From assembly GCA_963718615.1 (NCBI GenBank), contig OY970368.1, forward strand, positions 1,600,001 to 1,664,000: a stretch of DNA of 64,000 nucleotides, written 5' to 3'. Both the position numbers and the translations under genes were made by a program. The notes beneath the pieces were generated by a model that worked only from the letters and a program-made list of their open reading frames with translations, ran no database searches and was not told the origin of the DNA. This stretch comes from an uncultured cyanobacterium. GTDB taxonomy: Bacteria > Cyanobacteriota > Cyanobacteriia > PCC-9006 > JAAUQQ01. Position 1 is the first letter of the stretch. Each line of letters starts with the position of its first letter. Shown here in pieces: positions 57,158-64,000 of the stretch.

Positions 57158-57961
57158 CTAGTGATGAACGGTTGCCACAGAACCACCATCCACGCGATAG
57201 TTGGAACCCACGACAAAACTAGACTGTTGAGAACAAAGGAAGGCGACAACCGCTGCAACTTCCTCTGCTTTGCCTCGACGCTGAAGTTCGAGATGAGGAC
57301 GCTTTTCCTGAAGGAAGCTGGCGATCGCCTCTTCTCGGTCAACACCTAACGCTTGAGCTCGTTTATCCATCATTTTGTCAGTCATGGGGGTCGCGATAAA
57401 AGCAGGTGAAACGCTGTTAATCAAAATTCCATCTTTGGCATAGACCTTGGAAAGATTTTTGGCAAGATTGATCACACCGGCTTTAGCTGCACAGTAGGGC
57501 ATTTCATCCGGATAGGGCTGCATTGCATCTTCCGAAGCAAACAGTACGATTCGCCCCCAACCAGCTTTTTGCATAACCGGAATAAAGGCACGACAAACAC
57601 GAACGGCTGCCATAAAATCTACATCCAGGGTTTCGTACCAGTCCTCATCGGTTAATTCCAAAAAACTTTGAGTGGCACCTGTAATACCTGCGGCATGGAC
57701 CAAGATGTGAACGGTTCCGTAATGACTCAAAATTTTCTGTTTTGCAGCTTCTACTTCGCTTACATGGCGTAAATCGGCTTGAATACCAATCGTTTCGCCT
57801 ACTTTTTTAACGGCTTCCGTGGCAGCTTGTAGTTTTTCAGATGTTTTATCGATCAAGACAATTTTAACGCCTTCAGCGGCCAGTAACTTAGCGGTGGCTT
57901 GCCCCATACCTGAGTCACCGCCCGTAATGACGGCTACTTTTCCGTTGATTCCGAAGTCCAT
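57158..57961 (-). CDS. SDR family oxidoreductase
   Basis: TGGDSGMG, YCAAK, VDGG. Confidence 0.92.
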   Translation of the reverse strand: MDFGINGKVAVITGGDSGMGQATAKLLAAEGVKIVLIDKTSEKLQAATEAVKKVGETIGIQADLRHVSEVEAAKQKILSHYGTVHILVHAAGITGATQSFLELTDEDWYETLDVDFMAAVRVCRAFIPVMQKAGWGRIVLFASEDAMQPYPDEMPYCAAKAGVINLAKNLSKVYAKDGILINSVSPAFIATPMTDKMMDKRAQALGVDREEAIASFLQEKRPHLELQRRGKAEEVAAVVAFLCSQQSSFVVGSNYRVDGGSVATVHH

Positions 57962-58041
57962 AAAAAAATTGATCCTAACCTAATTCTTCTTTTCTATCCT
58001 AAAAAGGCAGTGGCGTGAGAGACTCTATCTAAAAGTAGAAG

Positions 58042-60330
58042 TTATTGAGAACGTTGATAGAGTTTGCTTCCATTACCGCGTACACCATTTACAATGAGTC
58101 CAGTTAAGGGAATGGATGCGTAGCTAAGCTGCTTTTGAAGTTTAGCAAATCGTGCAATACTGCCTCTTTTGCCAAGCTGAAGCACTAAAAGTAATCCCTG
58201 GGTGTGATGGGCAATAAGACGAGCATCTGCCAAAGCTCCGATAGAGGGCACATCATAAATGACCCAATCAAACTGCTCAACCACATCTTTCATGAGCTGA
58301 CTCATCCTTGGAGAGGCCAAAAAGCGACTGGGATCAGTTGTAACTGAGCCAGCCGTTAAAACCCAAAAGTCAGATTCCCAAGGAACGGGCCGAAGACAGC
58401 GATCTAATGTTTTGATGCCCAAGAGATAATCACTTAAACCTGGTGTCGATGTCATTCCTAAAAACTCATGAATAGGGTTTCCCCCTTGTTGTAAATGGGC
58501 ATCTACAAGCAAAACTTTTTTCCCCATCGCCGCTGCTGATTGGGCCAGAAGAACCGCTACGGTGCTTTTCCCTTCTGCGGGTAGCGCCGAACTGATGGTT
58601 AGTGTTTTGCAGGTTTTTAGCTGAGTTAGATTTGTGTGCAAGGTCCGAAATGCTTCTAGGAATGCATAGGCTTGAGCTGCATCCCACAGCACGCCCATGT
58701 CTCCAATAATATCTTCTGGATTAATCACAGGAATTCCGCTTTCTAAGGTCAGAGCTGCGAGCATAGAATCGGCAACTTCATGGTCGCTATTCGTCTCATG
58801 GTTTTGACTCTGACCTTGCTCGACCGCCAACATATTGAGCGTCTTTTGCTGTAAAAAATCTGCCTGATGGATGGATGGCCCTACGTACTTCAGATTTTTT
58901 CGGAAAGGAATTGCGCCTAGGATAGAAAGCTTTGTTTTCTCTTCTAGGTCATCAAGCGTGTAAAACGTATCTTCAAATTTCTCAATTAAGTAAGTGACCA
59001 CAAGTCCAACAATGAAGCCACTCACTAGGCCCATAATTAAAGCCTTGGATAGGCTGGTCGGTAAGTCGCTCTGAGCATCTTTAACCGGTACAATTAACTG
59101 CCAAGGAACTTCATTCTGTGAGGCAGCAATTTCAAGGACTTCTTTGGTTTCTAAAAGTCGATTTAGGCTGGCATTGACAATACTAATCTTCTGTAAAAGC
59201 TCTCCATGTCGCCGAGAAATGGCTGGAATTTTTTTTAAGATATTAGCAAGATCGAGCTGAATCTTATCTAAAGCATTAATTTGGGCTTGAAGCACGCTAA
59301 TATCACTGGCAACTGCCGCGAGTTGATTGTTGATCGATCGCTTAGCTTCAGCTTGTAGAAGAGGGAGCAAATTTTGCTGTTGTCTTCGAAATAATTCAAT
59401 CGTAGGATGTTTATCTCCAAAACGTGCCGTTTCAACCGCGATTTGTCGCTCTAACACCTGATACTCTTGCAGATAAGCTTGATAGGCTTCGGATTGATCA
59501 AGCACCGCACTCCGCGCTATTCCTTCAAGGGATCGATAGCGAGCCTGTAGTGCAATTAAACTAGCCTGAAGTCCCTGACGCTGGGAGGCAGCTTCGCTAA
59601 TCTGTTTACGGAGTTCTCCAGCATAGTCATCCGGATCTAAAAAGCCATAGCGCTGCCGCAAGTTTTGTAATTCTTGTTGTAGGGTATCTGATTCTCCTTG
59701 GACTTTGGGTAACTGCTGCTGGATAAACTCAAGACCTTGTCTAAATTGTACCCGTTGGTCTTCTCTGCTATAGCTGAGATATCCATCGGCGATCGCTTCC
59801 AAAACCTTCTTAACTTCTAAAGGATTATCCGCTGAGTATCCCACCTCTAAAATTTTGGTTTCTCCTAAACGGCGAACAGAGAGTTGGCCTGAGACCTTGC
59901 CATAGTCCAATCCAGGCAGCTGAGAACCAAGTTTTTCAGCCAGGGGTGCTAAAACTTTTGGGCTCAATAAAACCTCAATTTGACTATCATAATCAAATTC
60001 TTCATTTGAGGACTCTTTACTGTCTGTAATTTGTTGTAGCTGTTGGTGCTTTTTGATCGGTTCAACTAAGAGCTGAAAAGAACTTCGAAAAACAGGCTTG
60101 GCCTTGATTGCCTTTTGAGCATTGTTGGCAACCATCAACAGCATGCAGAGTACGATGACTTTGTACTTGCGCTGAATCATTAACAGAATTTTACTGGGTC
60201 GTAATCCCCCACTTTCTGATGCTGTGCTCTCTGTTTCTGCGGGAGCCGATTGAGCTATTGCTGATGTTTCTATAACATGTGCTTCTAGTTGTGAAGTTGG
60301 GGGCAATAGCGCTTCATTGGATACAGTCAT
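58042..60330 (-). CDS. Polysaccharide co-polymerase / BY-kinase-like protein (GumC/Wzc family)
   Basis: Coiled-coil periplasmic region between TM segments; EAFRTL; Walker A SALPAEGKS. Confidence 0.88.
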   Translation of the reverse strand: MTVSNEALLPPTSQLEAHVIETSAIAQSAPAETESTASESGGLRPSKILLMIQRKYKVIVLCMLLMVANNAQKAIKAKPVFRSSFQLLVEPIKKHQQLQQITDSKESSNEEFDYDSQIEVLLSPKVLAPLAEKLGSQLPGLDYGKVSGQLSVRRLGETKILEVGYSADNPLEVKKVLEAIADGYLSYSREDQRVQFRQGLEFIQQQLPKVQGESDTLQQELQNLRQRYGFLDPDDYAGELRKQISEAASQRQGLQASLIALQARYRSLEGIARSAVLDQSEAYQAYLQEYQVLERQIAVETARFGDKHPTIELFRRQQQNLLPLLQAEAKRSINNQLAAVASDISVLQAQINALDKIQLDLANILKKIPAISRRHGELLQKISIVNASLNRLLETKEVLEIAASQNEVPWQLIVPVKDAQSDLPTSLSKALIMGLVSGFIVGLVVTYLIEKFEDTFYTLDDLEEKTKLSILGAIPFRKNLKYVGPSIHQADFLQQKTLNMLAVEQGQSQNHETNSDHEVADSMLAALTLESGIPVINPEDIIGDMGVLWDAAQAYAFLEAFRTLHTNLTQLKTCKTLTISSALPAEGKSTVAVLLAQSAAAMGKKVLLVDAHLQQGGNPIHEFLGMTSTPGLSDYLLGIKTLDRCLRPVPWESDFWVLTAGSVTTDPSRFLASPRMSQLMKDVVEQFDWVIYDVPSIGALADARLIAHHTQGLLLVLQLGKRGSIARFAKLQKQLSYASIPLTGLIVNGVRGNGSKLYQRSQ

Positions 60331-60369
60331 GATTGCTTGGACGATCCCTAACTAAAATAATCCAATTGG

Positions 60370-61794
60370 CTATCGGAACAGAACCCGAAATAGCTTAAAT
60401 ACATCTTTGATTGAAAAGGTTCCATCAATTGTGTTGTACAGACTGTTAGCGCCTCCAATCGTATTAATTAAGGGTTGAACCACGCTATCAACACGATCTG
60501 AAAGCTTAGCGAGGCGAGAAGGAGGAACAATAATAATGTCACGATCCTCAATCATAGGATTAGTTGCCTCATTTACGGGTGCTTTAAAATCGACCGGTAT
60601 CTTAAGATGGAAAACCGTTCCATTAGGCCTGAGGCGCATCAGTTCTACCGTTCGCTTCTGGGCACGGTTGTTGAAACCGCCTGCGGCAAGTAGAACTTGA
60701 TTTAGAGGTGTATTAGGTGGTACTTCAAAGGTTCCTGCTTTCTCCAATTCTCCGACAATACCAATTTGAATCTTAGATTGAGAAATATTGCTTTTCCCGA
60801 GCGCGATCGCCTGGGTTGCATCAACAGGGGGTGCTTTTTTTAGAACTAATGTATCTCCATCCCGCAGTGTTATATCTTGATTTAAATCTCCTGTTTCTAG
60901 CAGTTGCCAAAGATTGGTATGAATTTCATGATGCTGACCGGAGCGATGCCAACGATAAATCGTAATATCTTGTAGATTAGTCTGCTGGGTGATACCACCC
61001 GCCTGCTGCAAAGCGGTTGTAATACGCGGAAAAACGCTCGTATCTTGCGGTGAAAATAGATAGGCTCCTGGTCGGACCACTTCACCAATAACTGCTACAT
61101 GGATAGGCGCATTAATCAAGAGTTTTAGGGTCACAGTTGGTTTGCGTAAAATTTGCCGCCTTTCATAGGTTTGGGCCACTAACTGTTCAACTTCCGATAG
61201 TGTTAATCCCCAAACCGAGAGGGGACCAACGACCGGTAAATGTAAGGTACCATCCACTTGCACTTGATAGTCTGCAGTGTATTCAGGAACGTTAGAAAAA
61301 AGAATACCAACGCGATCGCCAACTGTTAGTGTATAGCTAGGAGAAAGCCAAGCTAAAGAGCTATCTCTTTGATTGGGCTGTACTGACTCTGGTGCTAATT
61401 CCCCTTGGGGTGATGAAGGAAAGGGGCGTAGCCATTGAAGGGCTGGTGGTTGTTTGGCTTCATTGGTTTCGTCAGCATTGGTTTCGTCAGCCTTATCGGC
61501 CTGAATAGATTTTGCCTCAGACGTTTCATTCAATAGGTTGGTAGGTAATGTTTCAGGAATAGATATAGTCGATGGTTCGAAGATCGGTAGCGAGTTCTCC
61601 TCTGGTATAATGGGAATTACGTTTTGTTCACGCGTCACATCAGGCCAGTCGTCTTGAGAAACGGCTTGAGCAATCGTCTGAGGGGAGGCGATCGTTGCTT
61701 CTTGGGTGCCTGTTAGGATTCCAATCAAGAGAATCAGAATCAGCCATAAATCTCCCTGTATTGGATGGAAAAAGTGACGGTTCTGAAAGTTCAT
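60370..61794 (-). CDS. Polysaccharide export protein (Wza-like, SLBB repeats)
   Basis: YTLTVGDRV, DGTLHLPVVG, GEVVRPG, ALQQAGG, LRDGD. Confidence 0.88.
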   Translation of the reverse strand: MNFQNRHFFHPIQGDLWLILILLIGILTGTQEATIASPQTIAQAVSQDDWPDVTREQNVIPIIPEENSLPIFEPSTISIPETLPTNLLNETSEAKSIQADKADETNADETNEAKQPPALQWLRPFPSSPQGELAPESVQPNQRDSSLAWLSPSYTLTVGDRVGILFSNVPEYTADYQVQVDGTLHLPVVGPLSVWGLTLSEVEQLVAQTYERRQILRKPTVTLKLLINAPIHVAVIGEVVRPGAYLFSPQDTSVFPRITTALQQAGGITQQTNLQDITIYRWHRSGQHHEIHTNLWQLLETGDLNQDITLRDGDTLVLKKAPPVDATQAIALGKSNISQSKIQIGIVGELEKAGTFEVPPNTPLNQVLLAAGGFNNRAQKRTVELMRLRPNGTVFHLKIPVDFKAPVNEATNPMIEDRDIIIVPPSRLAKLSDRVDSVVQPLINTIGGANSLYNTIDGTFSIKDVFKLFRVLFR

Positions 61795-62044
61795 ATTGAT
61801 TTGACTTGCCCTGAGTTCAATCGAGATCGTTGAATTTCCCGATAACTATGGCATAAGAATTATCAAATCGGTGGAAGTTATACAATCTCCAGCAACGTAT
61901 ACAAAGCAAACACCGATTGGTAGAAAAATCAACCAAGCGCGAACTGAGTCATCATCAAACCTAGGCCAAATTAGGAGGAGGTTAGATTCATTTGCTGTTT
62001 GGTCTCTAAGTTTTTGCTTTTCTTTATTCTGTCAGGGGGTATCT

Positions 62045-62875
62045 ATGCAACAGTCTTCAGCTCCCTTAGTGATTGAAGCCGGACGCTCAAAACGTCAATA
62101 CTGGCGGGATTTATGGCATTATCGTGAGTTATTTTACTTTTTGGCTTGGCGGGACGTTTTAGTTCGCTATAAGCAAACAGTCATTGGGTTGGCCTGGGCC
62201 TTAGTCCGTCCTTTCTTAACCATGATTGTTTTTACCCTTGTCTTTGGGAATCTAGCAAAACTACCTGCCAATGGAGTACCCTACCCTATTCTAGTCTTTT
62301 CGGCAATGTTGCCTTGGCAGTTTTTTGCCAATTCGCTAAGCGAATGTAGTAACAGTTTAGTCAGTAATGCAAATCTGATCTCGAAGGTTTACTTTCCTCG
62401 ACTCATCGTTCCAAGTAGTGCTATCGTCGTCAGCTTTGTTGACTTCATGATTTCAGGATTGATTCTGTTGGGCTTGATGGCTTGGTATAACTTTATTCCC
62501 AGTTGGCGAATTCTGACGTTGCCTGGTTTTGTTGCGATCGCATTTTTAGCCTCCATGGGAGCAGGTCTTTGGCTATGCTCTTTGAATGTTCAGTATCGAG
62601 ATTTTCGCTATATTGTGCCCTTTATTGTGCAGTTTGGTCTCTATATCTCGCCCGTTGGGTTTAGCAGTACAATTGTCCCGGAGCAGTGGCGAATTCTATA
62701 CGCTCTTAACCCTATGGTTGGCGTGATTGATGGTTTTCGTTGGGCAATTTTAGGAAGTGAATTTCAGCTCTATTTACCAGGTTTTTTCTTGTCTTTGGGC
62801 TTTGTTCTGATTCTACTTATTACTGGAATTCAATATTTTAGAAAAATGGAGAGAACATTTGCAGATGTGATTTAG
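62045..62875 (+). CDS. ABC-2 polysaccharide export permease (Wzm/RfbA-like)
   Basis: RYKQTVIGLAW, NLISKVYFPR, YRDFRYIVPF, LNPM. Confidence 0.92.
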   Translation: MQQSSAPLVIEAGRSKRQYWRDLWHYRELFYFLAWRDVLVRYKQTVIGLAWALVRPFLTMIVFTLVFGNLAKLPANGVPYPILVFSAMLPWQFFANSLSECSNSLVSNANLISKVYFPRLIVPSSAIVVSFVDFMISGLILLGLMAWYNFIPSWRILTLPGFVAIAFLASMGAGLWLCSLNVQYRDFRYIVPFIVQFGLYISPVGFSSTIVPEQWRILYALNPMVGVIDGFRWAILGSEFQLYLPGFFLSLGFVLILLITGIQYFRKMERTFADVI

Positions 62876-62992
62876 TGGCTGAGATTTATTGATTTTAGTT
62901 CACTGACTTCAACAGAATCATTGAAAGGGGAAAGCTATTTCTACCAGTTTTTTCAAACAGCAAGCATAACGCCAGAATAAGAGTAACCGTTT

Positions 62993-64000
62993 ATGACTCA
63001 GAAAATTATTCAGGTTGAAGGTTTAGGTAAGAAGTATAGGGTTGGGAGACTACAGTCCCAGGCCCGTTATACTTCCCTGCGAGATGTCATGGCAAAAAGT
63101 GCCAAGTCTCTACAGCAATATGTGATGAAGCCGAGTACGATCTTAGCAAATCCTGCATCTCAGGAAGAAGATTTTTGGGCTTTAAAAGATGTGTCGTTTG
63201 ACGTTAAACAAGGCGATCGTGTTGGCATTGTAGGACGTAATGGAGCGGGTAAATCTACACTATTAAAAATCCTTAGCCGTATTACAGAACCAACGCAGGG
63301 ACGTATTTCACTACAAGGACGTGTGGCAAGTTTGCTAGAGGTCGGCACTGGCTTTCATCCAGAACTGACAGGTCGAGAAAACATTTTTCTGAATGGTGCA
63401 ATTCTAGGAATGAGTCGTCTAGAAATTCGTCGTAAATTTGATGAAATTGTTGCCTTTGCAGAAGTTGATAAATTTTTGGATGTACCTGTTAAGCGCTATT
63501 CTTCAGGTATGTATGTCCGTCTTGCCTTTGCTGTAGCTGCTCACCTTGAACCTGAAATTTTGATTGTTGATGAAGTGCTTGCGGTGGGCGATGCACAATT
63601 CCAAAATAAGTGCTTAGGTAAAATGCAGGATGTCGCCCATAGCGGACGCACTGTGCTCTTTGTCAGTCACAATATGGCAGCGATTCGGCAGCTTTGTAAT
63701 ACAGCTGTTGTTTTAGACCACGGTAGGTTGAGTTTTATGGGGAACGCGGACACAGGCATTGCTTACTATCTCAAAAACTCTCAATCTCACCAAGCCTTTA
63801 CGGGCAAACGCAGTCTCTACGGGCTGGAATTGCAGGAAGTATCTCTCCTCGAATCCGGTAGCCAATTGGCGACTCTAGGTCCTGTTTTTAACCAGAGTTA
63901 TCGGTTGCAGCTGCGCTTTTTAGCCCAAGAGTCAATTACTCAAGCGGCGGTCGTGGTACGTTTGTTTGATGCAGTCGGTACGCTGGTTTCTAGTATTTGT
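62993..64000 (+). CDS. Polysaccharide ABC transporter ATP-binding protein (Wzt/RfbB-like), partial
   Basis: Manual translation from ATG 62993: FWALKDVSF, GRNGAGKST, YSSGMYVRLAF, IVDEVLAVGD; open to window end. Confidence 0.92.
   Translation, partial: MTQKIIQVEGLGKKYRVGRLQSQARYTSLRDVMAKSAKSLQQYVMKPSTILANPASQEEDFWALKDVSFDVKQGDRVGIVGRNGAGKSTLLKILSRITEPTQGRISLQGRVASLLEVGTGFHPELTGRENIFLNGAILGMSRLEIRRKFDEIVAFAEVDKFLDVPVKRYSSGMYVRLAFAVAAHLEPEILIVDEVLAVGDAQFQNKCLGKMQDVAHSGRTVLFVSHNMAAIRQLCNTAVVLDHGRLSFMGNADTGIAYYLKNSQSHQAFTGKRSLYGLELQEVSLLESGSQLATLGPVFNQSYRLQLRFLAQESITQAAVVVRLFDAVGTLVSSIC

Noticed and set aside
61871-62044. Upstream extension of the ABC permease ORF
   Set aside because: Family-like sequence begins at ATG 62045; the region more likely holds the divergent promoters.

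Overview
Gene-dense chromosomal segment of a cyanobacterium, judged from abundant HIP1 octamers (GCGATCGC), a cyanoexosortase A locus with a PEP-CTERM gene, Uma2 genes and a ferredoxin-sulfite reductase. Most of it is housekeeping or envelope function: csaB, thiE/thiS, ribF, lepB, dihydroorotase, P-type ATPase, FHA-PBP, sir, mtnBDC, and wzc/wza/wzm/wzt. It also holds one apparently intact IS200/IS605 element (tnpA plus tnpB) whose ends and likely TAM can be read from the sequence. Highlights: (1) a translationally coupled pair, CHAT protease-AAA_35 and AAA_35-TM-14xWD40, whose WD40 units are near-identical in DNA but vary and appear shuffled at a few putative ligand-face codons, resembling a paired NLR-like receptor/executioner; (2) a G/T-to-C/A compositional flip centred on many HIP1 sites; (3) a P-type ATPase relic whose internal deletion junction sits on a HIP1 site; (4) an RHH-like tail on SiR; (5) a candidate Rad52/Sak-like ssDNA-annealing protein. 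No rRNA, tRNA or CRISPR array was seen. All family calls come from motif recognition by eye; no database searches were run.
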